From: Callorhinchus milii
Lineage: Eukaryota
Length of the DNA: 64,000 bases
Assembly (NCBI RefSeq): GCF_018977255.1
Contig: NW_024704742.1
Span: forward strand, 130,078,001 to 130,142,000
Direction of reading: 5' to 3'
The translations under genes were made by a program, and so were the position numbers. A model generated the notes under the pieces. The model had not been told where the DNA came from. It ran no database searches and was given only the letters and a program-made list of their open reading frames with translations. The stretch's first letter is position 1; each line of letters opens with the position of its first letter. Of this stretch, positions 50,036 to 63,330 are shown piece after piece.

Positions 50036-52206
50036 ACTGACACACTTTCAAACTCCAAATAAAAGTTGCACTTTATCTAGCCATCAGGAGGCAAATGCCA
50101 AGGAGGTTAAGTACAGACAGCTTGTTGAAACAGATCCAGAACGATGGGGTAAAATGTCTGTTCAGTAACAGAACTGGCAACGTTGCCTGACACACCATGG
50201 TGAGAATCAATTAGGATGTTTGTGTTACATGATCGTTTTTCAATGGTGCTGAACCAAACATCAGGTCAAATTGGAGAGTTCTTGCTGATAAGTATATTCT
50301 TTTTCCAACTGACAGATATCAAAATTAACAGCGATATAAACATGACCCCAAAGATTTTTTGAACATTTTCCCCATTCTGCAACCCTTAGAGGATCACTTT
50401 CATAAAATACTGTACTTGTTACATTAACAACAACGACTCAAAGTACTAAATCCAATGGTAAATAAGAGTCAATTCCACTGAGCACTGCCACAGGGAACAG
50501 AATGCACCTAATATAACATCATGGCTCATGTACCCGCTGGAGACATCAATGCAAGCCAAGTGACAAGGTTAAAGACTCTGAGCGTGGCAACTACCATAAT
50601 GAATGGTCACACACACCACACAATTAGCACGCATTGGTAGGAGGTCCCCACACACACTGCCATGCTGTCCTATTCAGCTGTGATAAATATTCTAGAAAAT
50701 GCAAAATAAGTACCAGGTCAGAACTAAAAATATACATCAGAAAGCTGAAGGAAACCTAATGAGTCATTGTATAAAGCATTCACATTGCTTTAGATCTTAG
50801 TTCCTGCACATATTTTCTTTAAAAAATTGTCACCTCGTCTCAGAGCTATAAAGAGCACGATTTAAAGAAACGACTTGTTAAATGGTATTTTGTGGTAATT
50901 TAATCAATACAAATGTTTTCTGTGAAGAGGTTCCCAACTATATCTGGGGCTGGCCTGGCAGCAACAGTAACAGCAGCAAGACTAAAATGCAAGCTGTTAA
51001 GCTGCAAAAAAAAACACACACTTTGTATCAAGCAAGTTGCATGGCTCCACTTCACAAGGTTTCAATCGCACTATCACATTCGTCTTAAAACTCACACCTT
51101 TAGGCCAAGAAAATAAAACCAAATGTTTCCTGTGAAAGTGACACGAAAAGAAATTCAGAACAGATAAGGATTTCTTTTCACAGCAAATTGCTCAACTCTC
51201 TTCGATTGCAATTGCATTTTAAGTCTTGCAAACTGACATGAAAGGTCAACTCTCTGTTAAGAACCAGTAGCTATTTTACTCAAAACAGAACAAATAGATG
51301 ACTTGGTAACATTTAACCGGAAGAACATTTTTAATCAAGTAGAAAAGCCTGAGCAAAGACTGCACAGACTGTTTGACAAGCTTAACCGATTTTGTAACTA
51401 GATTACAAGTATTTTATTCCAAAAATCAAAGAGAAGGGCCATTAACATTAAAGTAGATGGCTGCAGTGGGGAAGCCAGTACAGACATGATGGGGTGAAAG
51501 TTTTCTTCTTTGTTGAGATTTCTGTGATTCTTTGTAAGTCAGTCCTGGATGCAAACACTGCACAATTGTGTCCTATAGTGGTAGCAGTAAGGAAGACACT
51601 TCAAATAGATTCAAATGCAAATTCACTACAACATCCATCAGCGTACGGCTAAGGAGACAACCAAGAAACTCAAAAAGAATAAGATACCAGTGAAAAGGGT
51701 TACATGTTAATCATTTAATTCAGACACCATTCTGCAACTCTATAACAACTAGTAATCATTAAACTACACTGCAGGCTCTCTGGAACGTTGCCAGCATAGC
51801 AAGCAAGCACAGTTGATCTACAATTCTGCTGCAAATTACTAAAGTAACCAGTGGGACCCATATCTTCCTGCTCACTACCTAAATATAACACTGTACCATC
51901 AGCAAACAACTGTTGACCTGAAAAACATTTACTGAAGAAGCATCAAACTCTATGCAAACCGCCCAACAGCTCCTTGTTTTATATAGGAATCCGAGAGGAA
52001 CGAGCCTAACAATTCCACATCAACAACAAGATTACATTTGTATAGCACCTTTCACTTGGGAAGTACGTCCCAAGACAACAGCCTGGGCACTACTCTGCTC
52101 TACCAGGAGTCCACTTTTCACCTACTATTTGGAAGTTTGTCTCTCCTGATCCTTTCTTTCCCATCCAGATCACTTCTTTCAGCAGTTCTTGAAAACCTGA
52201 ACTTTA

Positions 52207-52563
52207 TTAATAGTAATCCTTGCATTTGATACAGCGCCTTATCACATAGTTGAGATGTCTCAAAGCACTTCACAGAATATACCATAAAGTGAATTGACTG
52301 ATTTTATCAGCGAAACACTGCAGCCAATCTCACAAACAGTTGTGGATTGAGTGACCAAATTGTTATTAGATTTTTTTAAAAAAGGCTTATGACCGCCAGA
52401 AAGCGATCCACCAATCAACTAACACCAAGTTCCTACTTACTGCAAGGTAAACATGGGCATGTGGTGTAAAGAAACTTGCCTAAGGTTTCAACCTGCCCAA
52501 GAATTGAACCTGGGCTCTCTCACTTGTGACGCAAGTACTCTGACCAATATGCTACAAGATTCC
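52207..52563 (-). mobile_element. tRNA-derived SINE, old long subfamily, full length and diverged
   Basis: All modules present, with many CpG-type substitutions. Confidence 0.82.
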
Positions 52564-55500
52564 TTTCTCCCTCTGGGAATTAAGAGCAAAGCTGTCCTTT
52601 CCTTTCAGACTTATGGGACTCCACTACGGGATCAATTGCAGGTGTAATCCTCTGTCCCACTCAATTTGTGCCACAGAATCGTAGCAAACCAAATTGTACT
52701 ACACTCCATTCCACTGTAAAATTCTACTCGAGTCCTTTGGCATCTGACACTTGCCAGTTTTCCCTCTTCCCAAACCTGACCACTGTTACTTCACAGCCTT
52801 TGCTCTAAAAACACATTCAGGAATCGCGGTTATTTGATGGAACATGAAAGAGAATGAAGAGAACACTGCTTAAGTGAAACAGCACCCGATAACATACCTC
52901 AAAATATCAGTTCAAGCTGAAAAACGTACATAATAATCCTTGCATTTGATATAGGGCCTATAACATCAAAACATCCAGGTACTTTGTCTTCTGTGAAATG
53001 TACAACAGTCAGCTCTCCCTAGGTTCTGCCTAGACCAACAACTGAAACACATGGAAGAATGATAATTGTTATTTAGAAAAATTTAACTGTATTCAGTTCA
53101 AGTGTTTAACTGTATTTAGACTTCCAGAGGATTGGTGTGAGCGAGCCCCATCGTTTTCATGGCAGATAAGGATTCATGTTCAGTGCCATAACTTCCATAA
53201 CATGGAGTGAGTTGGCGAAATGCACCTCTGACAGCTTTTTTTCATGCACCTCTGACATCTTTTTTCAGCCACTTCCTGGTCTCATATCATATCACTGTTT
53301 TGTAACAGAGGGTCGAAGCCTTTGTGGACTCCTGTACATCTCTCAAAAGATTTTACACCGAGTGATGCACATACTATCAAAGAAGCATTTCACGTAAGAG
53401 CGAAGCAACTGCATTTCAACAGGATACCCGTATTGCAAATTCCACAACTCATTGAAACATTTGTGTGCAGGGGACTCCTGATTTTAAAAGAATAAAAACT
53501 GTGTGGGGCCATGTATTCTGAATGGTCTCATTATTACAGTTTCAGCAGAAGTAGGGAGAATTAGTAGGAAAGGCCTTGCCCAAGACATGCAGAAATAAAT
53601 GTCCTTGTGTCAGCCAGCCTGCATTTTCAACCTTTCATTGAGGCTCCAAGGACAAAGAATGCGTTGTTGCAATTCGGCTCTGCAGACTACATCCCACCAG
53701 CCAACAGGACGTGTTGTAATCAATTCCATTTGCATTAAGAGCCATTTTTAGTCAAAAATGTGAACGCTTACTGTATCACAGCTGATAAGGGCAACTTTAC
53801 CTTCATAACCAGTCATAACAAATTAATAGCCCCCCCCATCCCCACGCCCAAACTATCAGCTTCCATTAAAAACATTTAAAACCATAACAGAATGCTTTGA
53901 AGGGCTTATTCCACCCGTTTACTAAACCTTGGCAGATCTTTTAATCATAATCTTCCTTTGTTTCATCAAACCCCGCAATATCTCTACTACCCAAATATCT
54001 GCTCGTCTCTTCTTCTTCGAACCCGAATCGTGACCTTATTTATAATATAAAATGATATTGCTTGCGTTTGATATAGCGCCTTATCACATCGTTGAGGCAT
54101 CTCAAAGTGCTTCACAGGATATATTGTAAAGTGTAGTGACTGTATATTTGGTGAAACGCGGCAGTCAATTGCGCACAGCAGTGTCCCACAAATACTCTAC
54201 AATACCCACAAATGAAACTAATCTTGTGTGCTAAGCTAGTTGTTGAAATCCCTTTCCCTTGAACTTAAAGAGGAAGAACTCAACTCTGACTAACTGCTGG
54301 ATCGATTGTTATTATGACACTGGGAGAAAAGGGGAAATCATCACACTAATGCAATAAGGAAGGGTGCCCTTCTAAAAATGGTCTAATACTTAATCTGGTT
54401 CACAGATGTTTACTCTGCAGTTAACCCTCCCTTACCCAATTCGAGGAGGGTTTTTACGAAGACACTGAATGCTCAAAGTAAGAAACCATCTCATTTCATA
54501 GCACCAAAATCCCCCATTTTGCAATGCACACAAACAAAAATCAAAATGTGAAGCCCTAACAATCTCAGTTATACGTATTTTCAATATTTCTCTCATCTTC
54601 AGTCCATTCAGACACTTTTACATACCAACACATTATCCCTTTAAACTGAACCACAACAAGTATGTATCACAAGTTACTGTTCTTGAAGCAGACTTCTCTA
54701 CAATACAAGATTAGTTTAATTTGTGGGTATTGTAGAGAAACTCACGTGATAGTTAAGAACTTTAAAACATACAGAATTATACCAAATACTGACACACCAG
54801 TCACAATTAATAGAATGTCATTTCACAATTTCAAAAAATTTGTACACCAAGGCAATTTACAGCTAAGTTGTGAAATGAAGAAAAATATACAGGAATTGGC
54901 TTAAAAAATTAGGAAATGAATGCAGCCATAAATGGAAAATATTCAAAGCAAGAAAAAGTAAAACCAGGGGTACCTCAAACATCTGACCTGTGCTGTTTTT
55001 TATTACTTGAATGGGGACTTCAAAAATAAAATCGCTTGACTTTGGAGATGGTATCAATACAGGAGGCAATTAATGAGAAACAGTGCAATGAAATTCCAAA
55101 GGATTTAGAAATTTTATGGCAACGGGATCAAAGATGGCAGTTGCTGTACCTACATAGATCTGTGTAAAATTATTATTGTGGAAGTAGGAACTGAAAGAGG
55201 AACTAAAACCTGCCAATACATGATGCTGATGAGGATAAGGACCAAGGGTGTTACTGTAAATAAAGCCAGCGCCTGTCTTCAGTAAAAAGAAGTCAATTAC
55301 AACACTGGATTGCATTCATTAGAACAGGGTCACAGCAAAAACCAAAGACAAAGTTGCTATGTTTAACATGTTGACTAGGCTCCATCTAAAGAAATGCCTT
55401 TTGTTGTCATCACCTAATTTAAGGCCATTGCAGATCTCAAAAAGGCATGCAGGCAAGCAACCAAGATGACTCTCCAAGTAGAAGGAAGTTTATTTAGGAA

Positions 55501-56666
55501 AAGAGGGAAAATTCAGTTGAGACTGATTTCCTTCGAAAAGAGAGGACTTTTGGGGTTTTCCAAATTATATATCAAGGTTATCAAGGAAATTGATAATTAA
55601 CACAGGCAAACTGGGAAATGGTTCAAATACCAGGGAATAGAAGCTGCACAATACTACACTTGGCTGGTGATGGGGAAAGGGAGAAGAGAAAGAGAAACAG
55701 ATGCACAGACACATATGCATACTTCAATATTGCACAATTGGAGACTCTGCAAATTACTAAGTTACATTCATTACCAAGTGGGAAGCTATGTCATGTCGTG
55801 ACACGCTTGAACACATCACATTCCTTCAATAACAGACAGCAAAACTAGATACAGAACTTAACCCATACTTCAATTCTCAAAATCCCCAAAACTCCCAAAA
55901 ATAGATTGGACTTTTGGCAGTAGAAAGGTGGCAGGCAGATTGGAGCCTACATTTCTCAGCTAGGAGAAATGTCACATAGGTGCTGAGCTATACCTACATC
56001 ACCATAAGGAGTTTTCGTCACAAATTGCCTCATACTTTTTTGACATTCAAGGCAAAAAGATAATGTACATTCGTAAAATAAATTGAACTGCAATTATTCA
56101 TACTGTATTGTATGTGAACAAAACCGTTAAAACAGTACAGAATGAACTGCAATTGTATCTTGCACTTATTTAGTTCCTTTCTCATAGAATGAAAGTCTTA
56201 AACTGCTTAATTATAATAAGGAGCAGGGAGAGTTAAGGATGTTATGTTTTGAAGGCATTGAGAAAGGAAGCAAGGTAAATGGGTTTGAGGGAGAGAGTTT
56301 CAGAGGAAGTTGTGGCTTAAGACTTAGCCAAAAGCAATGGAGGGAATGAGGCACAAGCAATATATCAGAATCGGAGGAACAGAAGTTGTAGGCAAGAGAG
56401 AAGGCAGGCTTAGAGGAAATTGTACAGGCAGGGAGGGCTGAGATGGTGACGGATTTAAAGGTGAGGTCAAGGATCTACTAGGAAATTGGGGAAGCAGTGG
56501 AGTCTGGCAAGGATAGGAATGTAGAGTACAGAACAAATATAATCTGCAGATTAGGCGAACTGAATTCTTTGGTAGTTAGAACAGACCAGATCTCTAGCTA
56601 TTGTTCAAATATACTGTCTCCTGTTAAGTCGAGTTCCAAGGGCCTGCTACCCTCCTACCTTGCTTA

Positions 56667-57195
56667 ACAACAACAACAAAATTACATTTGTAGAGTGCCT
56701 TTCACGTCGGGAAGACATGGCGAGGGAGGGGGCGAGATGGAGGGACTGCAGGATGGAGTTCCAGAGGGTGGGTGCAGAGTGGCGGAAGCCCCACTCGCCG
56801 ATAGTGGGGCAAGCAAGGTGGGAGACATGAAGAAGGCCGGAGCCCGCCGAACGGAGGGAGCAAACAGGGTGGTAGGGGGTTAGGAGTCGGAGAGGTAGGG
56901 GGGAGCAAGACCATGGAGGGCTTTGAAGGTGAGGACCAGCATCCTGAACTGTATCCTCTGTGTGATGGGAAGCCAGTGGCGTCGGGCGAGGAAGGGAGTG
57001 ATAGGGTCACGGAGCCTGGTGTGGGAGAGGATGAGGGCTGCAGAGTTCTGGATGATCTACAACCTGTGGAGGGAGGAGCTGGGGAGCCGACAAGCAGTGA
57101 GTTTGCATAGTCAAGCCTTGATGTAATGAAAGCATGTATAAGGGTTTCGGCGGCTTGCGGTATGAGACAGTGTCAGAGCCGGGCGACGTTGCTTA
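56667..57195 (-). mobile_element. L2 LINE 3' portion, 5' truncated
   Basis: (TTG)n tail at 56667-56680; body homologous to 1740-2200 and 58864-59521. Confidence 0.85.
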
Positions 57196-57219
57196 AGGGG
57201 CTATTATGTATATGAATCT

Positions 57220-57530
57220 ATTCAGTGCTGGAGGGTGCACTGACCACATTGTCCAAGGTGCTGTCGTTCAGATGAAACATTAAATTGAGTTCTGTCTGCC
57301 TGTTCCACTGTCTCATGGCACCATTTGAAAAGAAAAGGTCGTTTCTCCCATTGGCCTTACCAACAATCTCCCACCAGATAAAATTAATGATTCACTTCAT
57401 GGATGTTTGTGGGATATTGTTGTGCCCAATTTTGGCTTGTGTGTTTGCTTAAAAAATAGTCACTGCACTGTGCAGTAAATCCGGTGAAGCGCTTGGAGAC
57501 ACTCCAATGATGTGATATGATGCTATATCA
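57220..57530 (+). mobile_element. Ancient Deu-domain SINE, 3' two-thirds (other degenerate copies at about 2530-2750, 27465-27680, 37035-37330, 46160-46420, 47608-47800)
   Basis: AGGTGCTGTCGTTCAGATGAAACATTAAA..CATGGCACCATTTGAAAAG..GTTTGTGGGATATTGTTGTGC..GTGAAGCGCTTGGAGAC. Confidence 0.65.
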
Positions 57531-57943
57531 AAAGTGAGGTTTGTTTATTATAAACGCCATGCTTGTGTGAAGTTGCACACCTGGTTACTATTCTTGCGTA
57601 GTAATTCTGCGGGCTGGTGTGAAGTTGCATGCAAAATTACAAAGGAACTATAGTAACCTTGTATGCATATGCATGAGAAGAATTTTTGCTGGAGATGCTT
57701 CAAAAAAAACACACAAACACACACAGTAGAGCTGGATATGAAATATAATAAGAGACAGAAAATTAAAGAGGAAGACTCAGAGAGAGACCGGTAACGTTGT
57801 AGTGAATAGAACAATTTTTAAAATTAGCATTGAAGCCAATTTTTAATCTTGTGCGATGTCCAATTATCTGCATTCTTTGCTAACCACAATGGGGCCGATC
57901 ACAACGATTGTGGAAAATCAGCTCTCTACCGTAGAGTAATACT

Positions 57944-58238
57944 GTGGAGTCCTTAACTCAGTGGTTAGAGCACTCGCCTCGGTTTGATTCCCGGCAGGGC
58001 GAAACTTGGGCAAGTTTCCTTACTCCACACTCTTGATAATAAACCCTCAAGAAAAAAAAACAATCATTTAGTCACCCAATCCATGACTGTTTGTGGGACA
58101 GTGCTGTGTGCAACTGACTGCCACGTTTCGCCCACAAAACATACAGCCAATTCATTTTACCATATATTCTGTGAAGCACTTTGAGAGGTCTCAAAGACGT
58201 GAAAAGTGCTATATCAAATGCAAGGATTATTATTATTA
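57944..58238 (+). mobile_element. tRNA-derived SINE, intermediate-like subfamily
   Basis: Short body with CCCTCAAG diagnostic and old-type head with a small deletion. Confidence 0.82.
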
Positions 58239-58863
58239 CTGTATCAATTATTGGTTGCTGTTTTGTAATATCAGGCATATTGTGATTTTTGATATTCCAA
58301 AATAAATTGCGACTTTCACCAAATTTACCAGATATTCTCCCTTGTTGCCACAAAAAAAATGGAAAAATACCTGGGTTTGTTTTGTGGATAAAAACAAACT
58401 TTAGAATGGTCCTCAAGACATATTCCATGCACAATAAATGGTTTTAAACTTGTTCTGCTGCTACATTGTGGACAGCATTTTACGCAGCTACAAACTAAAA
58501 ATGAAACTGTGCTGTCATCCTGGCTGCAGCCTAAAATCCGACTCAGTCCCACAGAAGGATTTAAAACAGCTATACAACAAGTTCCATACAACATGTCCAT
58601 AGCCTCCATTCATCGAGTTCTCAATTCGAACCATACTACAAAGGAAAGGTGCCAAGTAAAGGACAAAAGATAAATCAGTCACCCTGAACCACTCCTGTAC
58701 ACTACTAAATATCTGCCCCAAGGGCAGGATTTGTGGATAAGAGGATTAGCAATGGTTTGTGGCACAAGGAAATACACCTTTTAAAATAATGACAATATGG
58801 ACAGCGAAACCATGTATTCCCCGATCACTGTATTACCTTGGAACAGAAAACTTGTGCCCATGT

Positions 58864-59521
58864 AACAACAACAACAAGATTATATTTGTATAGCGCTTTT
58901 CACGTCAGGAGGACGTCCCAAGGCGCTGGACAGTGTACAGCATTTCAGACCCGAGCTGGGGTCAGGGGGTAGAAGGGAGGGGAAGGGAAGGGGGTGGCCG
59001 ATGGCATGGTCGAAGAGGAGGGTCTTGAGGCAGGACTTGAAGGAGGCTAAGGAGGGGGCGAGGCGGAGTGACTGGGGGTTGGAATTCCTGAGGTTGGGGG
59101 CAGAGTGGCTGAAGGCTCTCCCGCCAATGGTGGGGCGGGTGGGTCGGGGGACGTGGAGCAGCCGGAGCCGGCTGAGCGGGCGGGTTGATAGGGGGTTAGG
59201 AGGTCACAGAGGTAGGGTGGGGCGAGACCATGGAGGGCTTTGTAGGTGAGGACCAGGATCTCGAATAGGATCCCCTGAAGGATAGGGAGCCAATGGAGTC
59301 GGGCGAGAATGGGGGAGATGGGGTCATGGAGTTTGTTGCGGGAGAGGACACGGGCTGCAGAGTTCTGGATTACCTGCAGCCTGTGGAGGGAGGAGTTGGG
59401 AATGCCGACAAGCAGGGGGTTTGCATAGTCGAGCCTGGAGGTGATGAAGGCATGAACAAGAATTTCAGCGGCCTGAGGGGTGAGGTAGTAGCGGAGTCGG
59501 GCGATGTTACGGAGATCAGGG
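58864..59521 (-). mobile_element. Relatively young L2 LINE 3' portion with complete tail
   Basis: ORF 59526-59047 gives LRNIARLRYYLTPQAAEILVHAFITSRLDYANPLLVGIP..LQVIQNSAARVL..LHWLPI..LTYKALHGLAPPYL. Tail GCGCCTTGGGACGTCCTCCTGACGTGAAAAGCGCTATACAAATATAATC(TTG)n. Confidence 0.92.
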
Positions 59522-60306
59522 AACAACGACTACAACTTGCATTTATATTGCGCCCCTAACGCAGTGTAGAGCTTCCCACAGTGTTTGAAACTCAGATTAC
59601 CCAGAACAACCAACCCAGACGAGCTTTCACAACCAAAGTAAACATAAGAGCACATACCATTCCGTAATTTTAATACTGGTTTGCATATCATAATACTTGA
59701 ACAGACAAGTTTTACAACCGCTATCCTAATTTACTTGCATAAATGAGCCCAAAAAAGATATAAAGGCAAACATTTTTACTATTGTGGTTAAGTAAAACAG
59801 TACCAACACTACTGTCAGGAAACTAAGGCCCTGCAAAAAAAAGTACAGCTCTTGTAAAATTGCTGCTTGGTATGGAGTCTTAGAAGCCTGTCGAGCAGTG
59901 TACTTCTTTTGAAAAAAGTATCTGCAAAGAAAAATTGACTTAATATATCCAAACCTGGACTTCCTGAGGCTGATCTAACAATATCCTGCGGCTACAAAAC
60001 TGTAACACACCCCTCATTTTCACTAATTTTGCCAGATCACAGTTCATGGGGAAAGAGAAAAAAATATCTGCCTCCAGGCTACAACTGAGAGGACCTGCAT
60101 GTCATCAATGTGTCAACCATCACAATCCCTTTAGCACACAGCAAAGATATCAGAATCAAAAACATGTGCAGTAAACTCCTGATAACTCAACCCCGTCATA
60201 ACTTGTTACTACCATCATTTTGTCAGTGTGTCGGCTGCATTTATTTATGGATTTGTAGACAGAAGACGCCCAACGGTGGTTAGTGGCACAAGGACATACA
60301 CCTTTT

Positions 60307-60555
60307 AAACCTTGGGCAAGTTTCCTTACTCCACACACCTAATAATAATCCCTCCAAAACACCAAAAACAATAATAAAAAATTAGTCATTTTCAATCTAC
60401 GACTGTTTGTGGGACATTGCTGTGCGCAATTGGCTGCCGCGTCCGCCCACAAATATACAGTCAATTCACTTTGCAGTGTGTTCTGTGAAGCGCTTTGGGA
60501 CGTCCTCCCGACGTGAAAAGCACTATATCAAATGCAAGGATTATTATTATTATTA
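60307..60555 (+). mobile_element. Young SINE, 5'-truncated (tRNA head missing)
   Basis: Starts at AAACCTTGGGCAAG and continues to the (TTA)n tail. Confidence 0.88.
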
Positions 60556-60889
60556 AACTAACAACAAAATCCCGCCTGGATTATTCAAATGCACTCGTCG
60601 TCGTTCGCCCCAGCCCCACTGTTCAAAAAATCCAGCTCATTCAGGGCTCTGCTGCCCACATACTGACCCCGGATCAAACTCTGTACCCCCATCTCACCAA
60701 TTCAAGTGCAAGTTCTTGTTGTTGTATTTATATATATATATATATGTGCCTAATTCGCCATTGCTGATAACTCGTCCGTGAACACTTTTCTCTGGGAGTG
60801 ATGAGTTATCAGGAGTTTATTGTACAATGAATTTTCTTACAGTACACACAAAACTGACAATGCATTATTCTTCTTTCCTTTACTCCTCT

Positions 60890-61085
60890 AACTCACCCGC
60901 ACCCCCCCCCCACCCACACACACCCTCACCCGCACCCCCCCACCCACAGACACCCGCACCCCCCCATCCGCACCCCGCCGCCACCCACACCCGCACCCCC
61001 CCCACCCGCACCCCCCGCCACCCACACCCGCACACCCCCCACCCACACCCGCACCCCTCCACACCCACACCCGCACCCCCCACCC
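60890..61085 (+). repeat. C-rich low-complexity array (CACCCGCACCCCC-like units)
   Basis: Repeated CACCCGCACCC/CCCACA motifs. Confidence 0.8.
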
Positions 61086-61149
61086 TTCCTGAAACAGTGC
61101 AAATTCCCCCACCGCAGCCCAGTGCAAATCCCCCCACCTCTACGCAACA

Positions 61150-61860
61150 AAAGACAAATCCCCCCCCACCCCACAAAGGACAAAATCCCCCCCACCCCCA
61201 CAGGACAAGATCCCCCCCACCCCCACAGGACAAGATCCCCCCCACCCCCCACAGGACAAGATCCCCCCCCCCCACCCCCCCCACAGGACAAGATCCCCCC
61301 CCCCCCACAGGACAAGATCCCCCCCCCCCCCCCCCCCCCACAGGACAAGATCCCCCCCACCCCCCACAGGACAAGATCCCCCCCACCCCCACAGGACAAG
61401 ATCCCCCCACCCCACAGGACAAGATCCCCCCCACCCCCCACAGGACAAGATCCCCCCCACCCCCACAGGACAAGATCCCCCCCCACCCCCCACAGGACAA
61501 GATCCCCCCCACCCCCCACAGGACAAGATCCCCCCCACCCCCCACAGGACAAGATCCCCCCCACCCCCCACAGGACAAGATCCCCCCCCACCCCCCACAG
61601 GACAAGATCCCCCCCACCCCCCACAGGACAAGATCCCCCCACCCCCCACAGGACAAGATCCCCCCCACCCCCCACAGGACAAGATCCCCCCCACCCCCCA
61701 CAGGACAAGATCCCCCCCCACCCCCACAGGACAAGATCCCCCCCCACCCCCCACAGGACAAGATCCCCCCCCACCCCCCACAGGACAAGAACCCCCCCCC
61801 CCCCACAGGACAAATCCCCACACACACAAAGGACAAATCCCCTCCCACGACAAAATCTCC
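61150..61860 (+). repeat. Minisatellite with ~26-nt unit ACAGGACAAGAT-C(7)-A-C(6); about 22 perfect cores plus degenerate flanking units
   Basis: Invariant 12-nt core; only the C-run lengths vary. Confidence 0.95.
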
Positions 61861-62251
61861 CCTCTCCCCATTCGACCCCACACAGGGCAAACCCCCAAAC
61901 CCCCCCCGCCCCAACCCCCCCACCCCCCCAACCCCACCCCAAACCCCCCCACCCCCACCCCAAACCCCCCCCCACCAGCGCAGCTCAAGCACAGCCACAG
62001 CCACAGACAGAGCAAAAAAATACAGCCCCTGTACCCCCCCACACACACCCCCCACACCCCCACACACACGCCCCCCCCACACACCCCCCCGAGGCCAAGA
62101 GAGAGGACTCCAACACTGGGTTCCCAGTCAGTTCGGGGCTCAGAGACTGTGAGAAGTTTCCGGGTCTGAACCTGACCCCAAAAATCCCAACTTCAGTGAC
62201 AGAGAGAGAGAGAGAGAGAGAGAAGCGCCGCCCTCTGTAACACCAGCAACT

Positions 62252-62612
62252 GGGGGGGGGGGGATAGGGGGGGAGGGGGGATAGGGGGGGAGAGAGAGGG
62301 GGGGATAGGAGAGGGAGAGAGAGGGGGGAGAGAGGGGGCAGGGAGGGGGGGCAGGGAGGGGGGGAGAGAGAGGGGGGGGGGAGAGAGAGGGGGGCAGGGA
62401 GGGGGGTAGAGAGAGAGAGTGGGGGGGAGAGAGAGGGGGGAGAGAGAGAGGGGGAGAGAGAGGGAGTGGGGGAGAGAGAGAGAGGGAGAGAGAGGGGAGT
62501 GGGGGGAGAGAGAGGGGGAGAGAGAGAGGGAGTGGGGGGAGAGAGAGGGGGAGAGAATAGAGAGGGAAGGAGGGAAGGGGGAAAAAAAGAGCAAAAAGGA
62601 GGAGGAGGAGGA
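62252..62612 (+). repeat. Near-pure homopurine (G/A) tract, about 360 nt
   Basis: GGGGGAGAGAGAG-type units with only a few pyrimidines. Confidence 0.9.
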
Positions 62613-63070
62613 CAGAGTGAGGGTGTTTTGTAAGCCCTGGAGAAGGCTTCTTGGGCTACAAAAAAAAAGCCCGAGTACATTTATATTATATCTATATATA
62701 CACTGTATCCCCACAACACAGTCCATCCCCCCCCCCCCCCCCCGTGAGTGAGTGAGTGAGTGTGTGAGTGAGTGAGTGTGTGAGAGTGTTTTCATGTCTG
62801 AAAGTTTTCTTTGAAACCCCCTTTTTTTCTCTCTCTCTCTCTCTCTCTTTTAAAAAAAATCTTTTCTTTCTCTCTTCTCTTCTCTTCTTTTTTTAAAAAA
62901 ATTAAAAAAAAACAACTTAAAAAACCAACTCTCTCTCTCTCTCTCTCTGTACGTTTTTTTAAAAAAATATGTGTATATATATAACTTTACACACAGACGG
63001 ATATAATATGGTAATATAATGTAACATATCTCTGATAAGAGTCTCTGTGTGGGTTGTGGAGGTGACTTAC

Positions 63071-63330
63071 TCAGGTCTCCTGGAAGCTGTGCCTCTCTCT
63101 CTCTCTCCCTCTCTCCCTCTCCCTCTGTGTCTCTGTCTCTCACACACGGCGCATGTTACAGCAGCGCAGCGAATGGAGCAAAAAAAATTACCCAACAGAG
63201 TCTGTGGCTGTGCCAATGCCACCAGACTCCTCCCCCTCTCTCCCCCCCCCCACCACCCCTCCTCTCCCCCCTCCCCCCACCCCTCCTCTCCCCCCCCCTC
63301 TCCCCCCCCCCTCTCCTCCTCCCAAGACTT
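63071..63330 (-). other. Candidate first (5' UTR) exon of an unidentified minus-strand gene; 5' boundary (TSS) approximate
   Basis: Consensus donor on the minus strand, ...GGAGACCTGA|GTAAGTCACC (plus ACTTAC at 63065-63070). CpG-containing, TE-free sequence directly downstream of promoter motifs. No long ATG-initiated ORF reaches the donor. Confidence 0.6.

Noticed and set aside
53221..53266. Short direct duplication TGCACCTCTGACA(G/T)CTTTTTT; similar small ones at about 26645-26665 and 37333-37362
   Set aside because: Two-unit slippage-type duplications with no further structure.
61150..61860. CRISPR-like array (constant repeat with variable spacers)
   Set aside because: The spacers are only C homopolymers of varying length, the repeat is 12 nt, no cas genes are present and the context is vertebrate. 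It is a minisatellite.
60827..62795. Long Pro-rich and Gly-rich ORFs (up to 441 aa) on both strands
   Set aside because: They are open in most frames because the C-rich and G/A repeats lack stop codons. The translations are pure low-complexity sequence.
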